A stretch of DNA of 64,000 nt from an uncultured Verrucomicrobiae bacterium. Lineage in GTDB: Bacteria > Verrucomicrobiota > Verrucomicrobiia > Chthoniobacterales > Chthoniobacteraceae. A program made the position numbers and the translations under genes. Of the stretch, positions 28,615 to 39,577 are shown one piece after another (the stretch's first letter is position 1; each line of letters starts with the position of its first letter). The notes under the pieces were generated by a model. That model was given only the letters and a program-made list of their open reading frames with translations. It was not told the origin of the DNA and ran no database searches. The stretch lies in NCBI GenBank assembly GCA_963828525.1, contig CAWHEP010000001.1, forward strand, positions 143,092 through 207,091, written 5' to 3'.

Positions 28615-29346
28615 ATGCCATTAACGGACACCTCTTCCTCAGAGCGCGCGACGCCTGCCTGTGTGTCGGTCGTCATGCCGGTCTACAATGAAGCCCCCAC
28701 CGTGGCCGCTGTTGTCGATGGCGTTTTCGCGCAACGATGCGTTCAGGAACTCATTGTGGTGGATGACTGCTCAAGCGACGACTCTTATTCGATCCTGCGA
28801 CAACTTGCCCTCAAGGAGCCTCGGTTAAAAATCTTTCGTCACCAAGTCAATGAAGGCAAGGGCGCCGCCCTGCGCACAGGGCTGGGGCATGCGGTGGCGT
28901 CGATTGTTCTGATCCAGGATGCCGATCTTGAGTATGACCCCGCCGACTACCCTGCTCTCATAGGCCCGATCCTCACCAACAAAGCGGATGTTGTCTTTGG
29001 CTCCCGCTTCCTTGGCTCCGGCTCCCACCGTGTCCTCTATTACTGGCATTTCCTCGGGAATCTTTTCCTGACCATGCTGTCCAATATGGCGACCAACCTG
29101 AACCTCTCCGACATGGAAACCTGCTACAAAGTTTTTAGGCGCGAGATCATCCAGAAGATTACAATCGAGGAAAGCCGCTTTGGCTTTGAACCCGAAATCA
29201 CCGCCAAGGTCGCGCGCCTCGGCGCTCGCATTTACGAGGTCCCTATCTCCTATCACGGACGCACCTTCGCCGAGGGCAAGAAGGTAAACTGGCGCGACGG
29301 CATCAGCGCCCTTCGATGTCTCATAAAGTACAATTTTCTTCAATGA
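28615..29346 (+). CDS. Glycosyltransferase family 2 (DPM-synthase-like)
   Basis: VMPVYNE, VDDCSSD, QDADLEY, SDMETCYK, FGFEPE. Confidence 0.93.
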   Translation: MPLTDTSSSERATPACVSVVMPVYNEAPTVAAVVDGVFAQRCVQELIVVDDCSSDDSYSILRQLALKEPRLKIFRHQVNEGKGAALRTGLGHAVASIVLIQDADLEYDPADYPALIGPILTNKADVVFGSRFLGSGSHRVLYYWHFLGNLFLTMLSNMATNLNLSDMETCYKVFRREIIQKITIEESRFGFEPEITAKVARLGARIYEVPISYHGRTFAEGKKVNWRDGISALRCLIKYNFLQ

Positions 29347-29455
29347 GCGCGAGGACGCGCCGAGGGAATGATACCGAGTGTTTCGCCCGCGGGTCGCGCC
29401 CTGTTCCGGAAGTAATTGGACTTCGCTCTGCTGTGATATACCGTCACAACTAGCG

Positions 29456-29863
29456 ATGTCTGCCTTGAAAACACGCGCCTTCGGCATTTTCTGCGTTCTT
29501 AGTTGGTTTCTAGCGAGCAACCATTGCGCGGTCGCGGGAATAGCGCGCTTTCTCGATGGGAACTCGATGAGAGGCGGAACTTGCTCGGAATGCGCGGCGA
29601 AGGCTCAAAGCAAGTCTGCTTCTTCGAGGCCTAAGGATTGCTGCAGGAACTTGAAAGTGACTGCGGGAATCGTAAAGCATTTCCAAGCCAGGGCTGCCCT
29701 GCTTCTGGATGTGCCTGCCTTTCCGCTCGCTGATTGCGTTTCTACTTCCTCTCAGTCAGCGGGAGGCCGAGCTACTGCCACGGGGCCGCCTGGTCCGTAT
29801 TCGCTCTCGGAAATCTTCCTGCAAGGGAGCCTGCTTGCGCATGCTCCTCCATCGCTCGCGTAG
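29456..29863 (+). CDS. Putative metal-sensing leader (DUF2946/CruR-like) ending in HAPP
   Basis: Hydrophobic N-terminus with HC, CSEC, CC, TGPP and C-terminal SLLAHAPPSLA. First gene upstream of a copper operon. Confidence 0.7.
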   Translation: MSALKTRAFGIFCVLSWFLASNHCAVAGIARFLDGNSMRGGTCSECAAKAQSKSASSRPKDCCRNLKVTAGIVKHFQARAALLLDVPAFPLADCVSTSSQSAGGRATATGPPGPYSLSEIFLQGSLLAHAPPSLA

Positions 29864-29989
29864 AGTCTGACTGACCATCCGCCACGGCGGCTTGTCACTC
29901 TTCTCTCTCCCGGCGGTACTCCATTCTGCTTCGCCGATCCGGCAACTCGCATCTATTCCGAACGCCTGCGCGCGCACCTCTCATATCAC

Positions 29990-30307
29990 ATGTTATACTT
30001 AGTCCGCTCATTTCTTGCCGCCTCCTTGTTGATCGCTGGCTGCGCCTCCCAGACGCCCGCGCCGGTGACGGTGGACAATCCCGCCATCCCGGATGCCCCA
30101 CCTGGCAAAATCACCTTCCCTCGCGCCACGTTGCGAGCAGACGCCCTGACTCTGGAAACTCGCAAGCTGCTCTCCGCAGCCGTGAGAGACCAGAAGGAGT
30201 GGAACAAGCATGGGCCTGCCTCTGGAGCACCGGAAGAGCGAAACGCGCCGGCAACGACGAACGCGATGCAAGGCATGAGCGCCGAAGAAATGAAGGGGAT
30301 GAAATAA
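29990..30307 (+). CDS. Small lipoprotein with Met-rich tail
   Basis: Lipobox LIAGC, tail MQGMSAEEMKGMK, TAATG overlap with the TolC gene. Confidence 0.75.
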   Translation: MLYLVRSFLAASLLIAGCASQTPAPVTVDNPAIPDAPPGKITFPRATLRADALTLETRKLLSAAVRDQKEWNKHGPASGAPEERNAPATTNAMQGMSAEEMKGMK

Positions 30308-31746
30308 TGCGCGCCTTCCTGCTACTCGCGACTCTCGCGGCAATTCCGGTGCTGCTTTATTCGACGGACGCGCTCGCCGCGGAGAGGGAGAAACCTTTTG
30401 TACCCGTCGCTAACTTATTGAAAGAACGCGCCGGAGCGCTTGTGAGATGGCAGCAAGACGGGGCCGCGCGAATGGAGAGTTTGCAGAACATCCGGGCGCT
30501 TCTGGCGCTTCCGCTCACCGCGAGTACCGCCACTCGAATAGCGCTGCTCAATAATCGCGATCTCTTGGCGACGTATGAGGAGATCGGCATCTCCGCGGCG
30601 GATCTGCGCGAGGCGGGCTTATGGAAAAATCCCCGCTTCGATTTGGTGCTGCGCTTTCCAGATCGGCCCCCCTCCGCGGTCGATTCCGAAGAATCCCTTG
30701 TATTTAACTTTCTGGATCTTCTGATGCTGCCAATGAGAAAGCGGGTGGCAGCGGATCATCTCGCCGCGGTGCAACTACGCGTCGCGGATGAGGCTCTGAA
30801 GCTGGTGGCGGAAGTGAAAAGCGCGATCTATACTCTGCAAGCTGGCGAGCAGCTCCTCGGGCGGCTAAAAACGCTGCAGGAAGCCAGCGGCGCTGCGCTT
30901 GAACTCGCGCAGGACCAGCACAAAGCTGGCAACATTGCCGATCTGACGCTGCTTGAACAGCAGACGGTCTACAGCCAATCGCGCCTCGATGTGGCGATGG
31001 CGGACGCGGAACTGCGAGCGAACCGTGAGAAAATCAATCGTTTGCTTGGCTTATGGGGCGAGCAAACGGGCTGGAAGGTCAGCGAGTCCCTTCCAGCCAT
31101 GCCGCCCAGCGATCCACCTCTTCGCGGTCTGGAGTCGCTTGCCATCTTACAGCGACTCGATCTCTCCGCCGCCAGGTCTGAATTGGCGGGCATCGTCCGA
31201 GGTCTTGGCTTGGTAAAAGCCTACCGCCTTTTCGGCGCGCTCGACGTTGGTGGAGATACCGAACATAACCCCGACCGCAGCCGCGTTACTGGCCCCACCC
31301 TTGGCGTTGAACTGCCCATTTTTAACCAGGGCCAGGCTCGCCTCGCGAGAGGCGAAGCGGCGTTGCGGGCCGCTGAGTGGAAATATGAAGGCCTTGCCAT
31401 TGAGATTCGCTCCGAAGCGCGCGAGCTCTCGGAGCGTCTCGCTGGCAACCGCGAGATGGCCGCGTTCTACCACGATGACCTTCTCCCGGGCAGGTGGGCC
31501 ATAGTAAACCAGACACAGCTTAGCTTCAACGGGATGCTTGTCGGTAACTACGTTCTATTTGAAGCGAAAGCGGACGAATTACGAGCCGAGCGCGGTTACA
31601 TAGAGTCGTTGAGAGATTACTGGATCACTCGCGCCGAGTTGGAGCGCGCCGTGGGAGGCAGCTTTACGTCTCATGCAATCTCGCCCGTAAAGGAAGTCAG
31701 CCCGCGCTCATCAAAGTCCAAACAACTAAAACACAACCAACCATGA
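30307..31746 (+). CDS. TolC-family outer membrane protein (copper-resistance type)
   Basis: ALLNNRDL...GI..ADL..AGL..NP, ELPIFNQGQ, DYW..RAELERAVG. Confidence 0.9.
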   Translation: MRAFLLLATLAAIPVLLYSTDALAAEREKPFVPVANLLKERAGALVRWQQDGAARMESLQNIRALLALPLTASTATRIALLNNRDLLATYEEIGISAADLREAGLWKNPRFDLVLRFPDRPPSAVDSEESLVFNFLDLLMLPMRKRVAADHLAAVQLRVADEALKLVAEVKSAIYTLQAGEQLLGRLKTLQEASGAALELAQDQHKAGNIADLTLLEQQTVYSQSRLDVAMADAELRANREKINRLLGLWGEQTGWKVSESLPAMPPSDPPLRGLESLAILQRLDLSAARSELAGIVRGLGLVKAYRLFGALDVGGDTEHNPDRSRVTGPTLGVELPIFNQGQARLARGEAALRAAEWKYEGLAIEIRSEARELSERLAGNREMAAFYHDDLLPGRWAIVNQTQLSFNGMLVGNYVLFEAKADELRAERGYIESLRDYWITRAELERAVGGSFTSHAISPVKEVSPRSSKSKQLKHNQP

Positions 31747-33074
31747 TTACACGTCGTGAGCTTTTTACTGGAGCCGCCGCTCTGGCGAGCGCTGCGCTGC
31801 TGGAGCGGACGGCCCGCGGGGCGGAAACCGTTTCCGCGATGAATCGTCCGGAAGCAGCGCCACTTCCAGGCGAGGGTGATGATTATCAACAAGTGATCAC
31901 CCCAAATAACGTGTCGCTTTCCTATAAGATGGTTGATGGGTGGAAAGTATTCCACCTTATTACCGAGGAGGTTCCCGACCATGAATTCGCGCCCGGTCTA
32001 AAGGCGCATTGTTGGGGAATAAACGGGCGTGCCCACGGCCCAACCATCGAGGCAGTTGAAGGGGATCGCGTCCGGATCTATGTGACCAACAAACTGCCGG
32101 AGCCAACCGCGATGCATTGGCACGGTATCCTTGTGCCGAACGGCATGGATGGCATTGCCGGACTAACACAGAAGTTTATTGGTACAGGCGAGACCTTCAA
32201 ATACGAGTTCACTCTGCGACAGCACGGCACATTCATGTACCACTCGCACTACGACGAGATGACACAGATGGGGCTGGGTCTCATGGGAATGTTCATCATC
32301 CATGAACGCAATCCCACGCGGCGTCCCGACCGGGATTTCGCCTATATGCTCAGTGAGTGGTCTATCAAGCCTGGCACCATGCGTCCTGATCCAAGCGAGA
32401 TGGTGGACTTCAATGTGCTTACCCTGAACGCGCGGAGCTACCCTGGCACCGCGCCGATGGTTGTGAAGAAGGGCGACTTGGTTCGCATCCGCATCGGCAA
32501 TCTTGGCGCGATGGATCACCATCCGATTCATTTGCATGGATACTATTTCAGAACTGTCGCCACGGACGGTGGAGATATTCCTGAATCAGCGCAATGGCCC
32601 GAGACAACAGTGCTCGTCGCCGTGGGGAGCACCCGAACCATTGAGTTTGTCGCGGATAACCCCGGCGATTGGTCATTTCACTGTCACATGACGCACCATA
32701 CAATGACGCAGATGGGTCACGGCCTTCCAAACCTGATTGGCATCGACAGAGGCCAGCTCGATAAAAAGGTTCGGACCTTCCTGCCGGGTTACATGACAAT
32801 GGGTGAGGAAGGCATGGGAGGAATGGGTGACATGGGCATGAGTGTTCCTCGCAACAGCCTGCCGATGGTCGGTGGCCCGGGTCCTCACGGCTACATCGAC
32901 ATGGGCGGCATGTTCACCATTTTGAAAGTGCGCGAGAACTTGACCAGCTACGAAGATCCCGGGTGGTACCAGGCGCCCCGGGTACGCAAGCTGAACTCGC
33001 AAAGAGCGAAGACTTGCAACGAGACTTGGGGTTTTCTCAATGAGCAGGGAACCGCCCAATGCATGCTGTGGTGA
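31743..33074 (+). CDS. Tat-exported multicopper oxidase, with a probable 1-nt deletion near the 3' end (true stop 33043)
   Basis: TRRELF Tat motif, Cu ligands [22 protein letters not shown]. Adding one C at 32976-32979 gives [22 protein letters not shown] with an ATGA overlap to the next gene. Confidence 0.9.
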   Translation: MITRRELFTGAAALASAALLERTARGAETVSAMNRPEAAPLPGEGDDYQQVITPNNVSLSYKMVDGWKVFHLITEEVPDHEFAPGLKAHCWGINGRAHGPTIEAVEGDRVRIYVTNKLPEPTAMHWHGILVPNGMDGIAGLTQKFIGTGETFKYEFTLRQHGTFMYHSHYDEMTQMGLGLMGMFIIHERNPTRRPDRDFAYMLSEWSIKPGTMRPDPSEMVDFNVLTLNARSYPGTAPMVVKKGDLVRIRIGNLGAMDHHPIHLHGYYFRTVATDGGDIPESAQWPETTVLVAVGSTRTIEFVADNPGDWSFHCHMTHHTMTQMGHGLPNLIGIDRGQLDKKVRTFLPGYMTMGEEGMGGMGDMGMSVPRNSLPMVGGPGPHGYIDMGGMFTILKVRENLTSYEDPGWYQAPRVRKLNSQRAKTCNETWGFLNEQGTAQCMLW

Positions 33075-35322
33075 AAGCCACCAGCGGGAAGACCACGGCG
33101 CGCCCTCCGCGGCAGCCAAATTTTTCTGCCCGATGTGCACCGGGGTTGCGTCGGACAAACCGGGGGATTGTCCCAGGTGCGGGATGGCTCTGGAACGCAA
33201 CTCCGCATGGAAGCCCCGGCAGACTTACACATGCCCAATGCATCCGGAGGTCACGCGGGAGGAACCCGGAGAGTGCCCCATCTGCGGCATGGCGCTGGAG
33301 TTGAAAATTTGGACCGCGCAGCCGGAGGCTAACGGCGAACTGGCTATCATGAATTTGCGCCTCTGGGTTGGCGCCCTGTTCGCGGCGCCCGTATTTCTGC
33401 TCGCGATGGCCCATATGGCGCCTCGCATCCCGCATTGGGTGATGGGAAGCGGCTCGCGTTGGGCGCAGTTCATCTTGTCTACCCCCGTAGTAGTTTGGGC
33501 AGGATCCCCATTCTTCCTCCGTGGCTGGCGCTCGCTGCGCGCGCGGCATTTCAATATGTTCACCCTGATAGCGATCGGCGTGGGCGCCGCCTATCTCTAC
33601 AGCGCGGTGGCTATGCTCATGCCCAGCCTCTTTCCTCAAGGCAGGGACGGTGTTGGCGTCTATTTCGAAGCGGCGGCGGTAATTGTGGTGCTGGTGCTGC
33701 TGGGGCAGGTGCTCGAACTGCGCGCCCGCAACCAGACGGGAAGCGCGATCAAGGCATTGCTAAACCTCGCCCCGGCCACGGCCTGCCTGGTGACGGATGG
33801 AGCGGAACACGACGTGCCGCTCGATCAAGTCTCCAAAGGAGCGACGTTGCGAGTGCGCCCTGGGGATAAAGTTCCCTTGGACGGAGTTATTTTGGAAGGC
33901 AAGTCGCATGTGGATGAATCAATGCTGACTGGAGAACCGATGCCTGTTGAAAAGAGCGGCGCGGACAAGGTCACCGGTGGCACCATCAACGGCACGGGCA
34001 GCTTCCTTATGCGAGTCGAGCATGTCGGCAGCGAGACCATGCTGGCGCGCATTGTGCAGATGGTTGCGGAGGCGCAACGCAGCCGCGCTCCGATCCAGGC
34101 TCTCGCGGATCGCGTCGCCGGCTGGTTCGTTCCATCCGTTTTTGGCATCGCCGCCCTAACTTTCCTTTTATGGTTCCTGCTTGGACCCGAGCCTCGCCTC
34201 GCCCACGCGCTTGTAAACGCCGTCGCTGTTCTTATCATCGCGTGCCCGTGCGCGCTGGGGCTTGCCACGCCCATGTCCATCATTGTTGGCATTGGCCGCG
34301 GCGCGCAAGCTGGCGTGCTCGTGAAGAATGCCGAGGCTATGGAACGCCTTGAAAAAGTGGGCGTCGTCGTTGTGGACAAGACCGGCACCCTCACGGAAGG
34401 CAAGCCTCGTCTGGTGGACATCCGCCCGTTGCCGGGCATTCAGGCGGACACCCTGCTGAAGGCTGCTGCCAGTGTTGAGCAGCAGAGTGAACATCCGTTG
34501 GCAGCGGCCATTGTCGCGGGCGCCAGGGAGCGCGGCCTGGAGTTGCGAAGCTCGCTGGACTTCCAATCCACAACGGGCGGAGGCGTCTCGGCGCGTGTGG
34601 CTGGTGATGAGGTCCTCGTCGGCCAGTTCTCCTTCCTCCAGGCGAGGAACATCCCGGATCTTTCAGATCTCACCGTTGGCGCTGATTCGCTCCAGCGTGA
34701 CGGCCAGACCGTCATCTTTGTATCCATCGGCGGAAAACCGGCCGGTATCGTATCCGTTGCGGATCCGATTAGAACCTCCACCGCGGAAGCGGTTAAGTCG
34801 CTTCACGCCCTCGGGTTGAAGATCGTGATGCTGACCGGTGACAACCAGCATACCGCGGAAGCCGTGGCTCGGCGCCTTGGCATTGATGAAGTGGTGGCGG
34901 GCGCAAGCCCAGGTGACAAACATCGGCGCGTTCAGGCGCTCGTGAGTTCCGGAAACGTGGTCGCCATGGCGGGCGATGGCATCAACGACGCGCCCGCGCT
35001 TGCAGCCGCCAGTGTGGGCCTCGCGATGGGCACAGGCGCCGGCGTCGCCATCGAGAGCGCCGGCATTACATTGCTGCGCGGCGACCTGCGCGGCATAGCG
35101 CGCGCCGTTCGCCTCAGTCGCGCGCTCATGGGTAACATCCGGCAAAACCTCTTTTTCGCGTTTATCTATAATGCGCTCGGCATTCCCATAGCCGCAGGAG
35201 CGCTGTACCCGTTCTTTGGTCTTCTGCTTAGCCCTGTCATTGCCGGCGCCGCCATGAGCCTTAGCTCCGTATCTGTTATAGCAAACGCGCTGCGGCTGCG
35301 CGATGCAAAGCTGGACGGGTGA
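33040..35322 (+). CDS. copA: Cu(I)/Ag(I)-type P1B ATPase
   Basis: N-terminal CPMC/CPMHP metal-binding repeats, TGE, CPC, DKTGT, HP, GDGIND, YN and MSLSS ligands. Confidence 0.92.
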   Translation: MSREPPNACCGESHQREDHGAPSAAAKFFCPMCTGVASDKPGDCPRCGMALERNSAWKPRQTYTCPMHPEVTREEPGECPICGMALELKIWTAQPEANGELAIMNLRLWVGALFAAPVFLLAMAHMAPRIPHWVMGSGSRWAQFILSTPVVVWAGSPFFLRGWRSLRARHFNMFTLIAIGVGAAYLYSAVAMLMPSLFPQGRDGVGVYFEAAAVIVVLVLLGQVLELRARNQTGSAIKALLNLAPATACLVTDGAEHDVPLDQVSKGATLRVRPGDKVPLDGVILEGKSHVDESMLTGEPMPVEKSGADKVTGGTINGTGSFLMRVEHVGSETMLARIVQMVAEAQRSRAPIQALADRVAGWFVPSVFGIAALTFLLWFLLGPEPRLAHALVNAVAVLIIACPCALGLATPMSIIVGIGRGAQAGVLVKNAEAMERLEKVGVVVVDKTGTLTEGKPRLVDIRPLPGIQADTLLKAAASVEQQSEHPLAAAIVAGARERGLELRSSLDFQSTTGGGVSARVAGDEVLVGQFSFLQARNIPDLSDLTVGADSLQRDGQTVIFVSIGGKPAGIVSVADPIRTSTAEAVKSLHALGLKIVMLTGDNQHTAEAVARRLGIDEVVAGASPGDKHRRVQALVSSGNVVAMAGDGINDAPALAAASVGLAMGTGAGVAIESAGITLLRGDLRGIARAVRLSRALMGNIRQNLFFAFIYNALGIPIAAGALYPFFGLLLSPVIAGAAMSLSSVSVIANALRLRDAKLDG

Positions 35323-35340
35323 GTTATACTTGAGTTTGAT

Positions 35341-35874
35341 TTGAATAGCCGCTTTAGAACGAAACTCTGGGTCTGCGGCACCGCGTTGGTCGCGGGCTTG
35401 ATGCTCTGTCTCCCCGTCTGCAGGAGCATCGCGCGGGATTGCATGAACTATAAAGTGCGTCATGATTTTCCTACTGTCCGGCGGATTTCTACCGCGCAGC
35501 TCGCCACTTGGTTGAAGGATAAGACACGCATTCATCCCGTTCTACTGGATGTCCGCACAGACGCCGAATATCAGGTGAGCCATCTCCAGAGTTCGGTTCG
35601 GGCGGAGCCCGGTTCCAATCCACATGAGGTAAACATCGCGAGAGACACTCCAATCGTAACTTATTGCTCAGTCGGGTATCGCTCCGCGGCTTTTGCGAAG
35701 ACGCTCAACGACGCGGGTTATAAAAACGTCGTAAACCTTGAAGGCTCGATCTTTCAGTGGGCCGAGGAGGGCAGGCCGCTGGAGAGTGCTGGGCGTGTAG
35801 CTCACGAGGTCCACCCGTACAACTCGACGTGGGCGCTGCTGCTGGACAAGCCTCTTCGCGCGAAGCTTCCCTGA
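35341..35874 (+). CDS. Exported rhodanese-like protein
   Basis: LLDVRT..EY.VSHL, YCSVGYRS, NLEGSIFQW. Confidence 0.88.
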   Translation: MNSRFRTKLWVCGTALVAGLMLCLPVCRSIARDCMNYKVRHDFPTVRRISTAQLATWLKDKTRIHPVLLDVRTDAEYQVSHLQSSVRAEPGSNPHEVNIARDTPIVTYCSVGYRSAAFAKTLNDAGYKNVVNLEGSIFQWAEEGRPLESAGRVAHEVHPYNSTWALLLDKPLRAKLP

Positions 35875-35878
35875 GTGC

Positions 35879-37057
35879 TTAAGCTTTTTGAAGCGCGCCG
35901 CGCGTCGAAGCCCATCTCTCAATGGTTCGGAAGTAGCAAGTTTCCAGGACGCTGACTTGCCTCTCCTGCTCAAACCCCGTCGCCACTTCTCGTGCCGCCG
36001 CAACGCACATGTCGTTGTATCGCGCGGGGTCTGCCACGAGATCGAGCATCGCGCGGCCAAGTGCCGCGTGGTCCCGCTCCGCGACTAATATGCCTCCGTC
36101 CTTTACGGCCTCAGGTATCCCTCCATGCAGAGTGGCAAGAACTGGCAGCCCAGTCGCCATCGCCTCCAGCATGGAGTTGGGCACTCCCTCCTGATTTCCA
36201 TCCGAGGCGACTTCGCTGGGATGCACAAAGGCATGAGACGCGATATACAGCGCCCGCAGTTGATCTTGCGAAAGAAATCCCGCAAACTTCACGCTGTTCC
36301 CGACGCCCAGTTCACCGGCAAGCCTCTTCAATTCTCCCAGGTCTGGCCCCTCTCCCGCAATCGTGAATTCTGCCAGTGGGAATCGTCGCGCGAACTCCGC
36401 AAAAGCGCGCAGACTCGCGCGCAAGCCTTTCTTCGGAATGAGTCGGCAAGCTTGAACGAATCGCCACGCTCCATCCGGGGGCGGCTGCCGTCTGACGAAC
36501 GGGAAATCATTTAGAGGTATGCCCGTGCGGTGAATAGTCACCTTCCCCTCATCGCAGCCAGCGGCTATCACGCGTTCGGCGAGCGATCTAGACCGGACGA
36601 CGACATGATCTACCAACCGCAGCATCTCGCGCGAGGCTGCGAGGTGCATCGGTTTATCTAAATCCACTACAGAGTCTGCTCCATGGAACGAGACAAGCGC
36701 GGGTAGTTGCTTTGTCCGCAGGAAGGGCAGAAGGCAAACTGCGATATGACCAAAGTAGATGTGCAGAAGCGATGCGTTGCTCGCTTTCAGTCTATTCGCA
36801 AGCCTGCGGGACTCCGACCCATAGATCTGTATCGGACGATTTAGAATCTGCTTTTGCCAGGCTCTTCTGATCCACCGGGTCGCAGGCTTGGGCAATACTA
36901 CGAGGTCCTTGAACGGGAAAACATCCGCATTCTCGCGGCTTTGCGTGAACACCACTGGCTTGCACGCTTTCATCCCCGAGATTTGCCGGTAGATGTGTAA
37001 CATCTCCGGCTTCAGGAACGTCGCGCAATACTGCGCCACAACCGGACGCTCAGCCAT
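35879..37057 (-). CDS. Glycosyltransferase family 4 (WcaL-like)
   Basis: SFHGAD, RLIPKKG, EGVPNSMLEAMATGLPV, HGGIPE. Confidence 0.9.
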   Translation of the reverse strand: MAERPVVAQYCATFLKPEMLHIYRQISGMKACKPVVFTQSRENADVFPFKDLVVLPKPATRWIRRAWQKQILNRPIQIYGSESRRLANRLKASNASLLHIYFGHIAVCLLPFLRTKQLPALVSFHGADSVVDLDKPMHLAASREMLRLVDHVVVRSRSLAERVIAAGCDEGKVTIHRTGIPLNDFPFVRRQPPPDGAWRFVQACRLIPKKGLRASLRAFAEFARRFPLAEFTIAGEGPDLGELKRLAGELGVGNSVKFAGFLSQDQLRALYIASHAFVHPSEVASDGNQEGVPNSMLEAMATGLPVLATLHGGIPEAVKDGGILVAERDHAALGRAMLDLVADPARYNDMCVAAAREVATGFEQERQVSVLETCYFRTIERWASTRGALQKA

Positions 37058-37086
37058 CGGTTGTGGCAGTAAGGACAAGGAGTTTC

Positions 37087-37437
37087 TTAGAACTCCACCG
37101 AAAAAAGCACCCAACCGGGCGAGTGGGCGTTATAGTTCTTGGGTCCCTGCTGTGGGTCGTCATCATGCACAGATACGAACCGCTGCCCGCTGCCATACTC
37201 CCTGGGGGCGAGGGGGTTTACCATCTGAAGGGGATTGCCAGAGCGCACACCCTCTACGATTCCGCCTTGAACCTGTGAAGCGGGGGGCGTTTGCGCCACT
37301 GGGCGGGTGCGGTAGTGCTGGCTGATTGGCGCTGAAAATGTGTTTCCGCGCACCTTGGCGCGCGGTCTGAGATCCTGCGCGTTGGCAGTAGCAAGAGCGA
37401 CGAGCAGTGAGAGCGAGACGAACGTTGATTTTTTCAT
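37087..37437 (-). CDS. Small secreted hypothetical protein
   Basis: GGAGG RBS upstream, signal peptide MKKSTFVSLSLLVALATANA, C-terminal WVLFSVEF. Confidence 0.75.
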   Translation of the reverse strand: MKKSTFVSLSLLVALATANAQDLRPRAKVRGNTFSAPISQHYRTRPVAQTPPASQVQGGIVEGVRSGNPLQMVNPLAPREYGSGQRFVSVHDDDPQQGPKNYNAHSPGWVLFSVEF

Positions 37438-37659
37438 AATTGAAATCCTCCACAGTTAATTCGTGACTCCATCCTGACATGGCCGGGCGCGATTCGGAAG
37501 AGGAATTCGAGCCTGTTTCGCCAGAGAGTTCAGCGTCAAAAACGCGCTCGCCGTGGGCATATGCATCCTCGTTTCTGCATCACGGCGCGTCGATTCTGCT
37601 CCCGCTTCCTGAAACTTACGCCTGTCCATTCTTCTCCGAACCCGCTAATCCATTTTCGC

Positions 37660-38676
37660 ATGGTCATGCCCCTGAACACGCCGCTCCCTGAAGACGATGT
37701 CGATGCGATCGATGAACTGCGAAAAGTATACGGGCAGTTAAACGCCGAATTGAGCAAGATCATCGTTGGTCAGCAGCAGGTGATCGAGCAATTGGCCATT
37801 TGTCTTTTCGCCCGCGGGCACGCGCTCCTTCTCGGAGTACCTGGCTTGGCGAAGACCCTCCTCATCAGCCGCCTGGCGGAGACGATGTCGCTCACTTTCA
37901 GCCGCATCCAATTCACTCCGGATTTGATGCCGATGGATATTACGGGCACAGACATCCTCCAGGAACTCCCGGGAGGGCGGCGGGCGTTCGAGTTCGCCAA
38001 AGGACCGGTATTCGCCAACATCGTCCTTGCTGATGAGATCAATCGGGCCCCATCCAAAACCCAGGCAGCCATGCTCGAGGCGATGCAGGAACACCGCGTC
38101 ACCATCGCCGGCCGCACATACGTGCTCGACTCTCCCTTCTTCGTGCTTGCCACTCAGAACCCGATCGAACAGGAAGGAACCTATCCACTCCCGGAGGCGC
38201 AACTTGATCGCTTTATGTTCATGATCGGCGTGGACTACCCATCCCGCGCGGAGGAGATTGAGATCGCGCGGAACACCACTGGCATGACGCTTCCCAAGCT
38301 CGATCACGTGCTGGACGGCGCCAAGGTGATCGCCTTCCAGGACCTCGTGCGCCGCGTTCCCGTGCCGGATCATCTTTACGAGTTTGCCGTCGATCTTGCC
38401 CGCCGAACACGTCCCGCCAGCAACGAATCTCCCGCATGGTTAAAGCCGCTCGTTAGCTGGGGCGCCGGCCCTCGCGCCGCTCAATATCTGATTCTCGGCG
38501 CAAAGGCGCGCGCCGCCCTTCACGGCAGCTACGCCGTCCGGTTGGAGGACATAATCCAGGTCGCGGACCCGGTTCTGCGTCACCGGGTGATGACGACGTT
38601 TACGGCAGAGAGCGAAGGAATTACGAGCCGTGATCTTACGAAGCGCCTCGTCGATGAACTGAGCAAGGTTGCCTGA
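37660..38676 (+). CDS. moxR: MoxR-family AAA+ ATPase
   Basis: GVPGLAKT, RIQFTPDLMP, DEINR, ATQNPIEQEGTYPLPEAQLDRF. Confidence 0.95.
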   Translation: MVMPLNTPLPEDDVDAIDELRKVYGQLNAELSKIIVGQQQVIEQLAICLFARGHALLLGVPGLAKTLLISRLAETMSLTFSRIQFTPDLMPMDITGTDILQELPGGRRAFEFAKGPVFANIVLADEINRAPSKTQAAMLEAMQEHRVTIAGRTYVLDSPFFVLATQNPIEQEGTYPLPEAQLDRFMFMIGVDYPSRAEEIEIARNTTGMTLPKLDHVLDGAKVIAFQDLVRRVPVPDHLYEFAVDLARRTRPASNESPAWLKPLVSWGAGPRAAQYLILGAKARAALHGSYAVRLEDIIQVADPVLRHRVMTTFTAESEGITSRDLTKRLVDELSKVA

Positions 38677-38680
38677 TCGC

Positions 38681-39577
38681 ATGGCCGAGCGTTCCTTTTT
38701 GGATCCGGCCGTCCTTGGCCGCCTCAAGGCTCTCCCGCTTCACGCGCGCCATGCCATGCTTGGGAGCGTCTCCGGCAAGCACCGCAGCCCTGTGCGCGGT
38801 TCGTCCCTGGAATTTGCGCAGTACCGCAAATACGTCGCTGGCGACGACACTCGCCGCCTGGACTGGCGCACATGGGGGCGCAGCGACCGCTTCTACATAA
38901 AGGAGTTCGAAGCGGATACAAACCTCCGGCTTTGTCTTCTCATCGATACGAGCGGCTCGATGGGCTATGGCCCCGCGGGCAAGACCCGCCTCGACCTCGC
39001 GCGAAAGCTTGCCGGTACCCTTGGCTACTTTGCCGCGGAGCAGGGTGATGCTGTTGGCCTTTGGAGCTTGGCGGATGAACCCATCGAGATTCCCGCGAAA
39101 CGCGGAGCGGCGCACCTCGGCCTCGTTCTGGATCAGATGGCCGGCATTAAGCCGCTGGGCGGCACAACGTTGATCGCCGCCCTCCATGATGCTGCTGAAA
39201 AAGTCCGACAGCGCGCTCTCATTGTTGTGCTCTCCGATTTCTTCGTTACTCCCGCGGACTTAAAGTCGGCCATCCAGCATCTCCGTTTTCGCAGGCATGA
39301 CGTCGCGGCATTCCATCTTCTCGACCAGAACGAACTCGATTTTGAATTCGACCAGCCCGCGCGGTTCACGGACATGGAAGGTGGGGAGGCCGTGCTGGCT
39401 GATCCCTCCCTTATCGCGAGGAACTACCGCGAAGCGGTGCGGCAATATCTGGCTGAGATGGAAGAACTCGCGCGCGTCACCGGCCTTGATTACCACCGGG
39501 TGAAGCTGCACGAGCGTTATGACGACGCGCTGGTCCGCTTCCTTTTGGCTCGCACCCCGAAACTCGGAGCGCGATGA
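38681..39577 (+). CDS. DUF58 (vWA-associated) protein
   Basis: G.HRS...G.S.EF..YR.Y..GDD.R.LDW, DTSGSM MIDAS, SDF. Confidence 0.92.
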   Translation: MAERSFLDPAVLGRLKALPLHARHAMLGSVSGKHRSPVRGSSLEFAQYRKYVAGDDTRRLDWRTWGRSDRFYIKEFEADTNLRLCLLIDTSGSMGYGPAGKTRLDLARKLAGTLGYFAAEQGDAVGLWSLADEPIEIPAKRGAAHLGLVLDQMAGIKPLGGTTLIAALHDAAEKVRQRALIVVLSDFFVTPADLKSAIQHLRFRRHDVAAFHLLDQNELDFEFDQPARFTDMEGGEAVLADPSLIARNYREAVRQYLAEMEELARVTGLDYHRVKLHERYDDALVRFLLARTPKLGAR

